38,672 bases of DNA. It comes from Hadesarchaea archaeon. Lineage in GTDB: Archaea > Hadarchaeota > Hadarchaeia > Hadarchaeales > Hadarchaeaceae. Each line of letters starts with the position of its first letter. Positions within the stretch are counted from its first letter, which is position 1. The position numbers and the translations under genes are program-made. The stretch is taken from the NCBI GenBank assembly GCA_030672285.1, contig DAOVGS010000028.1, positions 1 through 38,672 of the forward strand, read 5' to 3'. Shown one piece after another: positions 1 through 7,620 of the stretch. Under the pieces are notes generated by a model that was not told the DNA's origin, did not search any database, and saw only the letters and a list, made by a program, of their open reading frames with translations.

Positions 1-297
1 GATGCGCTAAATATCTTGATGGAAGCGAGCCCAGGCGCGGAAGTCTTGGCCGAGATAAATCGGGTTGTCATGGGTGTGCCGGGCGTGCTGGGATGCCACC
101 GATGCCGTGCCCGCAGGGTGGGGTCCCGCATATTTGCAGACGTGCACATCTACGTTGACCCAAAAATGAGCGTAGCTAGAGCGCACGAGGTAGCGACGCG
201 AGTTGAGCACGATTTAAAAACACGAACAGCCGACTTAACCTCGGTGGTCGTGCACATAGAACCAGCTAGAGGGCGCGCACATGGCAAAAAGCGTTGA
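1..297 (+). CDS. Cation diffusion facilitator (FieF-like) transporter, C-terminal dimerisation domain; 5' part outside the window
   Basis: Frame is open from base 1 (DALNILMEASP...). Contains RARRVGSRIFADVHIYVDPKMSVARAHEVA...VVVHIEP, typical of the CDF ZT_dimer domain. Confidence 0.88.
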   Translation, partial: DALNILMEASPGAEVLAEINRVVMGVPGVLGCHRCRARRVGSRIFADVHIYVDPKMSVARAHEVATRVEHDLKTRTADLTSVVVHIEPARGRAHGKKR

Positions 298-1486
298 GGA
301 AGTTCGGGCTGAGATTCCCTTCTTGCGTACTGGCATCATCTACTTGGACAACGCTGCGACGACGCCGACGCCCCAGCCCGTGCTCGACGCGATGCTCGAG
401 TATTTCCGCGAGTACGGTGCAAACGTTGGGCGGGGCCTACACCGTGCGACGCGACGCGCGACCGAAGCGTTTGAGGCGACCCGTGAAAGGCTCGCTCGGG
501 TGATCAACGCGAAGCCCGATGAAATAGCCTACACCAAAAATACTACTGAGGCCATCAACATCGTCGCCCAGGGCCTGAAGCTGCGGAAGGGGGACAAGGT
601 CGTGACGACGGTGCTCGAGCACCATTCGAACCTCCTCCCATGGCAGCGGCTGGAGCGCGAGCGGGGCGTGAAGCTCGAGCTCGTCCGGGTGCCGCGCGAG
701 TGCCTGATTGATCCGGCTGCAGTCGAGGCTGCGATTGATGATAAAACTCGGCTCATAGCAACCCATCACGTCTCCAACGCGATCGGGAGCATCCAGCCCG
801 TGGAGGAGATCGGCAAGCTCGCCCAGGATCGCGGCGTGCTTTACCTCATCGACGCGGCTCAGGCGGTCGGCCACATGCCCATCGATGTTCGAAAGCTCGG
901 GTGTGATTTCCTAGCCGCCCCCGGGCACAAGGGGCTACTTGGACCCCAAGGTACTGGCTTCCTCTACGCGCGCGAGGACCGCTTGACGGGGCTCGAGCCC
1001 CTCTTGGTCGGTGGAGGCATTGTGGAGCAAGTTGAAGAACACACGCACGATTTGGTCAAACCGCCTCAAATCTTCGACGCCGGGACCCCCAACATCCCGG
1101 GGATCATCGGGCTTGGCCGCGCCTGCGAGTACGTGCTCGAAATCGGAATAGAGCGAATTGCCGAACGCGAGCGAAAGCTGACCGAGCAAATGCTGCGCAT
1201 CGCGGACCTCGAGCACATCGAAGTCTACGGCCCCCGTGGCACCGAGCAACGAGGAGGTGTCGTGAGCTTCAACATCAGCGGTTTGGGGCACCACGATGTG
1301 GCATCAATGCTGGACGAGCTTGCTCAGATAGCGGTTCGCTCGGGGCATCATTGTGCACAACCGACCATGCGCCTTCTGGGAGTTGAGGGCACCGTGCGAG
1401 CTTCGGTTCACTATTACAACCTCGAAGGGGAGATCGAGCGCTTTACGACGACGCTCGAGCAGATCGCACGTGAGTTTGGCGATTGA
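281..1486 (+). CDS. sufS: Cysteine desulfurase, SufS/class-V PLP family
   Basis: Motifs YLDNAATT, EHHSN, DAAQ, GHK (PLP lysine), GTPN and the group-II catalytic RSGHHCA. Confidence 0.9.
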   Translation: MAKSVEEVRAEIPFLRTGIIYLDNAATTPTPQPVLDAMLEYFREYGANVGRGLHRATRRATEAFEATRERLARVINAKPDEIAYTKNTTEAINIVAQGLKLRKGDKVVTTVLEHHSNLLPWQRLERERGVKLELVRVPRECLIDPAAVEAAIDDKTRLIATHHVSNAIGSIQPVEEIGKLAQDRGVLYLIDAAQAVGHMPIDVRKLGCDFLAAPGHKGLLGPQGTGFLYAREDRLTGLEPLLVGGGIVEQVEEHTHDLVKPPQIFDAGTPNIPGIIGLGRACEYVLEIGIERIAERERKLTEQMLRIADLEHIEVYGPRGTEQRGGVVSFNISGLGHHDVASMLDELAQIAVRSGHHCAQPTMRLLGVEGTVRASVHYYNLEGEIERFTTTLEQIAREFGD

Positions 1487-1751
1487 CCCACCCTAAGAGG
1501 GCCGCGAGCGAAGCCCGGTGAGTCCGGAGATCCTCCTTGAGTATCTTCAGTGATGGTTCTTTGTCGATCACGATGGCGAGCTTCAGCAGGAGTTCTAGGT
1601 TAGGGTTCGAGGGATGTGTCGAATTTAACCACTTGCGGACAGCACCCTCGGTGACGCCGATTTTCCTCGCGAGTTCCCCCGTGGAGCCGAGTCCCTCGAG
1701 CAAAAGTTCAACGAGCTCGGTCCTAGCGGTCCTGCTTAGGTACTCGCATAT
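1443..1751 (-). CDS. Small helix-turn-helix (XRE/cI-like) DNA-binding protein; start uncertain
   Basis: STGELARKIGVTEGAVRKWLNSTHPSNPNLELLLKLA is a clear HTH. The frame stays open upstream of TTG1703 (WHGICEYLSRTARTELVELL) to a stop at 1884-1886, with no in-frame ATG/GTG. ATA1751 is used provisionally. The 3' end overlaps sufS by 44 bp on the opposite strand. Confidence 0.75.
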   Translation of the reverse strand: MCEYLSRTARTELVELLLEGLGSTGELARKIGVTEGAVRKWLNSTHPSNPNLELLLKLAIVIDKEPSLKILKEDLRTHRASLAALLGWVNRQTHVRSARASS

Positions 1752-1775
1752 GCCGTGCCACTCTCCGTTTGTTTT

Positions 1776-1985
1776 CGTACTCCCCGGTACGGATTTACGG
1801 GGAGGTTGTTTATAAGGCGAAAAATCGTACTCCCCGGTACGAACGTCATCGTGGTGCTCGAAATTCGTACTCCCCGGTACGATTTAGCCGTACCCCCCAG
1901 TACGATTTCACAATCGGCGAGCGGATTCGTACTCCCCGGTACGAATGGCAAATTAATTCAGATACCGATCGTACTCCCCAGTACG
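1776..1985. repeat. Array of six 16-bp palindromic repeats CGTACTCCCCGGTACG with unique spacers
   Basis: Copies at 1776-1791, 1826-1841, 1866-1881 and 1928-1943 are exact; 1889-1904 is CGTACCCCCCAGTACG and 1970-1985 is CGTACTCCCCAGTACG. Arms CGTAC/GTACG are invariant. Spacers are 34, 24, 7, 23 and 26 bp. Confidence 0.95.
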
Positions 1986-2019
1986 GTTCGGCCATCGTCG
2001 TTCAACTTAAATACAACAA

Positions 2020-2035
2020 TTTTTTTGCGAAAAAA
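2020..2035. terminator. Putative bidirectional oligo-T terminator (T7-GCG-A6)
   Basis: T6 on the minus strand immediately follows the lrp stop (2036-2038). T7 on the plus strand lies just downstream of the repeat array. Confidence 0.5.
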
Positions 2036-2515
2036 TCAAACCGGAATTGAACCCGTCTCCTTCTCCGTCTTGAGCACGACCAGCGTTCGCGTGCTGCTGA
2101 CCCCGGGAATTCGGTCGATCTCGTGCAGAACCTTGTTCAGCCCCAGCGTGTCGTCGATGATCAGCTTGAGGAAGAGGTCGTGCTCCCCGACCACCTCATG
2201 GATCTCAAGTACCTCTGGCCTTCGGTTGAGTTGTGCAATTACCTCCCCGCAGGTGCCGGGTGAGGTGGAAACGCCGATAAAAGCCTTCAACTTTTTCCCG
2301 ACCGCCTGAGGGTCAACCACGACGACGAATTTCTTGATAACCCCCGCATCCACCAACCGCTTCACCCGCTTGTGAATCCCCGAGGAGCTTATGCCCAGCC
2401 GCTTGGCGAGCTTGGCGTAGGGCACCTTCGCATCGCCCTGCAGGAGGTTGAGCAGCTTTCGATCGGTCTCGTCCAGTTCCACGATTTCCACTTTTCCAGC
2501 CCGTACGAGGCTCAA
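2036..2515 (-). CDS. Lrp/AsnC family transcriptional regulator, divergent from the his operon
   Basis: LDETDRKLLNLLQGDAKVPYAKLAKRLGISSSGIHKRVKRLVDAGVI wHTH, plus a RAM domain (EVLEIHEVVGEHDLFLK...GVSSTRT). Alternative start GTG2491. Confidence 0.93.
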   Translation of the reverse strand: MSLVRAGKVEIVELDETDRKLLNLLQGDAKVPYAKLAKRLGISSSGIHKRVKRLVDAGVIKKFVVVVDPQAVGKKLKAFIGVSTSPGTCGEVIAQLNRRPEVLEIHEVVGEHDLFLKLIIDDTLGLNKVLHEIDRIPGVSSTRTLVVLKTEKETGSIPV

Positions 2516-2536
2516 TCATACCATCATTGTGGATAA

Positions 2537-2602
2537 TATTTAAATTTTTCGCTTTTTAGGAAATAATTTGTCCTAAATCAAGAAACTAGTAAAATTTATA
2601 TA
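2537..2602. promoter_or_regulatory. Divergent lrp/his promoters with a central palindromic operator
   Basis: Minus-strand TATA TTTAAATA (2544-2537) has a BRE-like CGAAAAA upstream. Plus-strand TATA TTTATATA is at 2595-2602. Inverted repeat TTTAGGA-N9-TCCTAAA is at 2555-2577. Confidence 0.7.
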
Positions 2603-2632
2603 CGAAAATGACCAATTCAGGCAGGGAATACC

Positions 2633-3601
2633 ATGGGGAAGTCCCTCGAAGTGCTCGTGAAGGAGTCGAGCTACGCGCTGGTCTTAGGTATAGGTGGAGG
2701 GGGCGATGTAGTGGGAACTCTACCGACCTCACGCTACCTGCGCTTGCTGGGAATCCGAACGCTGGTCGGGGGGCTGACCTGGGAGCGCTACGTGAACGAC
2801 CCGGAGCCGGGCCCCCGCAAGATGGAAGAGATAGTCGAGATTAAGCGGCTCTCAGCGACGGTAGGGCTCGCGAACGCCCGAACGCGAACGACCAAGGAAA
2901 TCCGCTTTACCGAGTCGGTCGTGGCCGAGGTGCTGGGCGAGGAGACCGTGCTCGTGGACCTCAACCGTGGGGTGCAAGGGGCAATCGATGGTCTGAACGA
3001 GGCAATCGAGCAGCTGGGGGTAGATCTGTTTGTGGGGGTCGACGTTGGAGGTGACGTCCTGGCCAAGGGTTCGGAGGTGGGTGTTCACAGTATGTTGGCG
3101 GATAGTATGGTGCTGGCTTCGATGGTCAACTTGAAAGTGCCCGTGGTGCTGGGGGTGCTGGGTTGCGGCACCGACGGCGAGCTCAGCTTCGAGCAGTTCA
3201 ACCAACAAGTCGCTCGCATCGCCGGCTACGGTGGATTTTTGGGCGCCCGGGGCCTGACCCCCGATGATTTGAAGGTGCTCGATGAGGTGATCCCCAAGAC
3301 TAAAACTGAATCAAGCGCGCTGGCGGTCAAGGCGGCCCGGGGGCTTCAAGGGGAAATCGAAATTCGCGAAGGCCGTCGCAAAACCATGCTGACCCCTATG
3401 TCGGCGATGACGCTCTACTTAGACCCTCGGGTGGTATTCGATCGGATAAACGGGGTGGCGAAGGAGCTGGTGCCCACCCGCAGCTTGGAAGAGGCCCAAG
3501 GGGTGCTCGAGCGCCTGGGGGTGCCCAGCGAGCTGACGTACGAGCGGAAATACGTGTGGAAGCGCCGCGCCAGCGACCGACCCTCCGGAGGCAAAAAATG
3601 A
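2633..3601 (+). CDS. DUF1152 family protein, first gene of the his operon
   Basis: GIGGGGDVV, DVGGDVLA.G.E, LADS and G.DGEL motifs of DUF1152. Stop overlaps the hisC start (ATGA, 3598-3601). Confidence 0.82.
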   Translation: MGKSLEVLVKESSYALVLGIGGGGDVVGTLPTSRYLRLLGIRTLVGGLTWERYVNDPEPGPRKMEEIVEIKRLSATVGLANARTRTTKEIRFTESVVAEVLGEETVLVDLNRGVQGAIDGLNEAIEQLGVDLFVGVDVGGDVLAKGSEVGVHSMLADSMVLASMVNLKVPVVLGVLGCGTDGELSFEQFNQQVARIAGYGGFLGARGLTPDDLKVLDEVIPKTKTESSALAVKAARGLQGEIEIREGRRKTMLTPMSAMTLYLDPRVVFDRINGVAKELVPTRSLEEAQGVLERLGVPSELTYERKYVWKRRASDRPSGGKK

Positions 3602-4671
3602 TTTCAAAACGCGTTAGCGAGATGCTGCGATTGCGGGTTTCGTATCCGCTTGCCCGCAAATACGATGTCAGGGCAGCGGGGACCATCAACCTCGCCTCCA
3701 ACGAGAGCCCCTACGGTCCATCCCCCCGCGTGCTTCGAGCGCTCAAGCGGGAGGCGGCGCGCGTTGGTTCATACCCCGACCCCCGAGCCACGGAACTCAG
3801 GCGCGCGATAGGTAGCTACATCGGCGTCGAGATCGAGTGCGTGGCGATCGGGAACGGCTCAGACGAACTCGTGGACCTCGCATGCAAAGCTTTCCTTAAC
3901 CCCGGCGAGCGAGCGCTCATCCCCCTCCCCACGTTTGCGATGTACGAGCTCGCGTGCCGCGTCAACGGAGGGGTGCCCAAATTTTTCGAACTGTCGAACT
4001 TGGAGTGGCGTGTCACCGAACTCAAGCGCGCCTTGGAGGGGACGAAATTGGCGTTCATCGGCAGGCCGAACAACCCAACCGGCAACGGCATGAGTTTGAG
4101 AGACCTGAGGAGCCTGCTGGCGAGCGGAAGGCTGATCATCGTCGACGAGGCGTACGCCGAGTTCGCGGACGACTCGGTTGCAAAGCTCGCGACCAAGACG
4201 GGAAACCTGCTGGTGCTCCGCACGTTCTCCAAAGCTTTCGGGCTCGCGGGTTTGAGGGTCGGCTACGCGGTGGGCAACCCCAAGTTAATCGAGGCGCTTG
4301 AGGGAATCCGCGCCCCCTTCAACGTCAACCGCCTAGCCCAAGCCGCGGCGATTGCGGCCCTACGGGACAAGCGATACATGCGCAGGGTCGTGGGGAAAGT
4401 GAGACGGGGAAGGACGTACATACGCCGCGAGCTCACGAAGCTCGATTTTCGGGTCCTACCATCTGACGCGAACTTTTTGATGGTCGATGTTAGTCCAATG
4501 GGGTTAGATGCGTCCGAAGTATTCGATTTTCTCGCCGAGCGTAAAATTTTCGTGCGGGATCTCTCGAACTTTCGCGGCGCTGGTTCGGATTACATCAGGA
4601 TAACCGTCGGCACGCCGCGGCAGAACGAGCGGCTCGTGAAGACGATAAAGCAGTTCAAGGGAGGTGGTTAG
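3598..4671 (+). CDS. hisC: Histidinol-phosphate aminotransferase
   Basis: LASNESPY, GNGSDE, PNNPTG, DEAY, RTFSKAFGLAGLRVGY. ATG3598 is coupled to the upstream stop. Confidence 0.95.
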   Translation: MISKRVSEMLRLRVSYPLARKYDVRAAGTINLASNESPYGPSPRVLRALKREAARVGSYPDPRATELRRAIGSYIGVEIECVAIGNGSDELVDLACKAFLNPGERALIPLPTFAMYELACRVNGGVPKFFELSNLEWRVTELKRALEGTKLAFIGRPNNPTGNGMSLRDLRSLLASGRLIIVDEAYAEFADDSVAKLATKTGNLLVLRTFSKAFGLAGLRVGYAVGNPKLIEALEGIRAPFNVNRLAQAAAIAALRDKRYMRRVVGKVRRGRTYIRRELTKLDFRVLPSDANFLMVDVSPMGLDASEVFDFLAERKIFVRDLSNFRGAGSDYIRITVGTPRQNERLVKTIKQFKGGG

Positions 4672-5532
4672 GTGGTGGTGAAAATTGCAGTTCCAAAGGG
4701 GCACTTGGAGGAGCCAACGGTTCGCTTGCTTGAGGACTCGGGCATTGGGATCGTCGACAAGGAGGCTCGCCAGCTCTTCGCGCGTACCCGTGATCCCGAG
4801 GTAGAGCTCGTGTTCGTTCGGGCCCAAGACATACCGGACCTCGTGGCGAAGGGAGCAACGGATCTCGGCGTCACGGGTCTCGACTTGGTAAAGGAGAGCG
4901 GGGGTGATGTGGTCGAACTCTTGGACCTCGGCTATGGCCTCGCTCGGATAATAGTTGCAACCCACGAGAAGTCGGGCGTAAAAACGAGCGGGGACGTGAA
5001 GCCGGGCATGAGAGTCGCGACCGAGTTCCCAAGGCTTGCGGAACGCTACTTCGCGGAAAAGGGCGTCGAGGTCGAAATCGTGCGCGTCACGGGGGCAGCT
5101 GAAATAACCCCTCTGATAGGGGTTGCTGACCTCATCGTGGACGTAATGAGCACGGGCACGACTTTACGCACGCACGGGTTGAGGATTGTGGGCACGATTC
5201 TTGAAAGCTCGGCCAAGCTAATTGCGAACCCTCGAAGCCTGCAGGAGAAAAAGTCGAAGATCGAGGGCATCGTTATGGCGATGAAAAGTGTGGTCCAGGC
5301 GAGGGGTCGAAAGCTCATCCTCATGAACGTGCCCGAAGCCAAGCTGCCTGAGATAAGGCGAATAATGCCTGGGATGGCTGGACCCACCGTTTCCAAGGTT
5401 GAAGCTGCCGAGCCCATGCTTGCTGTACAGGCGGTCGTCGAGGCGGATAGGGTCTACGAGGTCGTGCGGCAGGCGAAGCAGGCGGGAGCACGCGATATCC
5501 TCGTCTTGCCCATCGAGCGGGTGTTGTCGTGA
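4672..5532 (+). CDS. hisG: ATP phosphoribosyltransferase, long form with C-terminal regulatory domain
   Basis: KIAVPKG, RAQDIP, DLGVTGLD, GAAE, D(V)MSTGTTL, C-terminal PGMAGPTVS...GARDILVLPIE. Confidence 0.96.
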   Translation: MVVKIAVPKGHLEEPTVRLLEDSGIGIVDKEARQLFARTRDPEVELVFVRAQDIPDLVAKGATDLGVTGLDLVKESGGDVVELLDLGYGLARIIVATHEKSGVKTSGDVKPGMRVATEFPRLAERYFAEKGVEVEIVRVTGAAEITPLIGVADLIVDVMSTGTTLRTHGLRIVGTILESSAKLIANPRSLQEKKSKIEGIVMAMKSVVQARGRKLILMNVPEAKLPEIRRIMPGMAGPTVSKVEAAEPMLAVQAVVEADRVYEVVRQAKQAGARDILVLPIERVLS

Positions 5533-5538
5533 AAAATA

Positions 5539-5566
5539 AACAGGGGTGTTGATTAACAGGGGTGTT
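5539..5566. repeat. Tandem duplication of palindromic AACAGGGGTGTT in the hisG-hisA spacer
   Basis: Exact 12-mers at 5539-5550 and 5555-5566 (16-bp period). Each contains the SD-like GGGGTG. Confidence 0.8.
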
Positions 5567-5571
5567 TAGTC

Positions 5572-6282
5572 GTGCTGGTGATCCCGAGCGTTGACATCAG
5601 GCGCGGACGATGTGTGCAGCTGGTCGGTGGCAGACCTGAGACCGAGCGGGTTTACGGCGACCCCGTCGAGCTAGCACAGCGCTGGGTGGCCGAGGGAGCG
5701 ACCCACCTGCATGTGGTCGACCTCGATGCCGCGATGGACGTGGGCGACAATTTCACAAAGGTGGCAGAGGTATTGGCGAGCGTTCGCGTTGGCGTTCAAG
5801 TTGGCGGCGGCGTTCGGACCCTCGAGCGTGCGTGCGAGCTCCTCGGAATAGGGGCGAGCCGCGTGATATTAGGCACGGCCGCGGTAAAGAATCCAGAATT
5901 CGTGCGTGAGCTCCTCAAGCTTGCAGGGGGCAAGCGGGTGATGGTGGCGCTCGATGCGCGTTCGGGCAAGGTGGCGATCGAAGGCTGGCGAGAGCAGACG
6001 GAAAAATCTGTGCTCGAGCTCGCGCGGGAATTCGAGCGCATGGGCGTGGGGTCGCTGCTCTTCACGAGCGTCGATGTCGAGGGAAGCATGCGAGGCGTAG
6101 CAGCGCGAGAAATAAGGGAGCTCGTGGGGGCGGTCAAAATTCCGGTCTTCGCATCGGGCGGAGTTGGGGCGCTCGACGACGTGCGCATCGCGCGGGAAGC
6201 TGGGGCAGCAGGCTTGGTGGTCGGGATGGCATTATACAAGGGCAAGTTCACTTTAAGGCAGGCGATGGATGTGATCCGATGA
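5572..6282 (+). CDS. hisA: ProFAR isomerase
   Basis: VIPSVDIRRGRCVQL, LHVVDLDAA, QVGGGVR, VALD, FTSVDVEG, ASGGV. Confidence 0.95.
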   Translation: MLVIPSVDIRRGRCVQLVGGRPETERVYGDPVELAQRWVAEGATHLHVVDLDAAMDVGDNFTKVAEVLASVRVGVQVGGGVRTLERACELLGIGASRVILGTAAVKNPEFVRELLKLAGGKRVMVALDARSGKVAIEGWREQTEKSVLELAREFERMGVGSLLFTSVDVEGSMRGVAAREIRELVGAVKIPVFASGGVGALDDVRIAREAGAAGLVVGMALYKGKFTLRQAMDVIR

Positions 6283-6854
6283 GGGTTGGCAGGGGCAGGC
6301 GAAAGACGAAGGAAACGAGGGTTGAGGTTAGGATAAACTTGGATGGTTCGGGCAGGACGAGGGTTGACACTGGCATAAAATTCCTCGACCACCTGCTCGC
6401 GAGCTTCGCCAAGCACGGCTGTTTCGACCTCGAGCTTAAGGCGCGTGGCGACTTCGAGCACCACATCGCCGAGGATGCCATGATTGCGCTGGGTGAGGCT
6501 ATCGAGCGGGCTCTGGGGAAAAAGGCAGGCATCCAGCGCATGGGCGACGCGGCGGTGCCGATGGACGACGCACTGGTGCTCGCCGCGGTCGATCTCAGCG
6601 GGCGAGCTTATCCGGACATCGAGGCAAAGTTCACGAAGCGAAAGCTGGACGATTTGAGCAGCGATATGGTCGTGCACCTGCTCGAAACCCTCGCGACGAA
6701 CGGGAGGTTCAACCTACACGTAAAGGTGCTTCGCGGCAAGAATGACCACCACAAGGCAGAGGCAATCTTCAAGGCGCTGGGGGTAGCGTTAGCCCGAGCA
6801 GTGAGCAGGGCGCCCCGGAGGCGAGGCGTGCCGAGCACCAAGGGGGTACTGTAG
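6279..6854 (+). CDS. hisB: Imidazoleglycerol-phosphate dehydratase (monofunctional)
   Basis: RKTKET, FLDHLL, HHIAED, PMDDAL, NDHHKAEAIFKA, PSTKG. No N-terminal phosphatase domain. Confidence 0.96.
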   Translation: MRVGRGRRKTKETRVEVRINLDGSGRTRVDTGIKFLDHLLASFAKHGCFDLELKARGDFEHHIAEDAMIALGEAIERALGKKAGIQRMGDAAVPMDDALVLAAVDLSGRAYPDIEAKFTKRKLDDLSSDMVVHLLETLATNGRFNLHVKVLRGKNDHHKAEAIFKALGVALARAVSRAPRRRGVPSTKGVL

Positions 6855-7610
6855 TTGTACAAGCGAATAGTCCCCTGCCTCGACACGAGACACGGGAAAC
6901 TCGTCAAGGGCGTGTGCTTCAGGGACGTGGAAGAGGTCGGCGACCCAGCTGAGTTCGCCAAGCGTTACGAGAAAGATGGGGCGGACGAGCTAGTGCTTCT
7001 AGATATCACGGCAACCCCTGAGAACAAACCGACTTTGCCCGAGGTTGTTCGAGAGGTAGCAAGTGTGATTTCGATCCCGCTAGCCGTCGGTGGAGGCATA
7101 CGAAGCGTTGAGGATGCTAGAGCTATCCTAGATGCCGGGGCTAGCAAGGTCTCGGTGAACACCGCCGCAGTTAGAAGGCCAGAGCTCCTGCGTGAACTCT
7201 CTCGCGAGTTTGGTAGGGAGAGGGTGGTGAGCGCCATCGATGGAAAGGTCATTGCAAAAGGAAAGTGGGAGGTGTGCGTCTCTGGCGGGATGAAACCCAC
7301 TGGAATTGACATGATAGAGTGGGCGAGGCGGGTCGAATCGCTGGGCGCTGGTGAGATCCTCTACACGGGTGTGCACACCGATGGCACGCAAGAGGGTTAC
7401 GATATCGAAGGAACGCGCGCGATCGCTGAGGCAGTAGACATACCGATTATCGCCTCAGGGGGTGCTGGCAAGCTCGAGCACATCTACGAGGTTTTGACCG
7501 ATGGCAAGGCGGATGCCGCGCTAGCCGCAAGCATCTTTCACTTCGGCACCTACACGGTCGAAGGGGTCAAGCGCTACCTGCAAGAGCGTGGCGTGGCGGT
7601 GAGGGTATAA
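6855..7610 (+). CDS. hisF: Imidazole glycerol phosphate synthase cyclase subunit
   Basis: KRIVPCLD, VKG, GADELVLLDITA, VGGGIRS, SAID, GAGEIL, DGT, ASGGAG, LAASIFH. Confidence 0.95.
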   Translation: MYKRIVPCLDTRHGKLVKGVCFRDVEEVGDPAEFAKRYEKDGADELVLLDITATPENKPTLPEVVREVASVISIPLAVGGGIRSVEDARAILDAGASKVSVNTAAVRRPELLRELSREFGRERVVSAIDGKVIAKGKWEVCVSGGMKPTGIDMIEWARRVESLGAGEILYTGVHTDGTQEGYDIEGTRAIAEAVDIPIIASGGAGKLEHIYEVLTDGKADAALAASIFHFGTYTVEGVKRYLQERGVAVRV

Positions 7611-7620
7611 CTGAGGGGTC

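Noticed and set aside
1776-1985. Canonical CRISPR array
   Set aside because: The repeat is only 16-18 bp, spacers are irregular (7-34 bp), and no cas gene is in the window. Kept as an unclassified array.
1776-1985. Classical archaeal oriC with ORB elements
   Set aside because: No TTCCAGTGGAAAC-type ORB core, no adjacent cdc6/orc1 and no long AT-rich unwinding element.
1736-2309. ORFs 1736..1951, 1755..2309 and 1769..2050 across the array
   Set aside because: The repeats appear in shifting frames (RTPRY/VLPGT/YSPVR), so they are not constrained as protein. Two of these ORFs also overlap lrp antisense.
5796-6677. Long antisense ORFs (e.g. 5796..6677, 7765..8289, 35935..36528, 36595..37182)
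   Set aside because: These are shadows of well-supported genes on the opposite strand, with no recognisable motifs.
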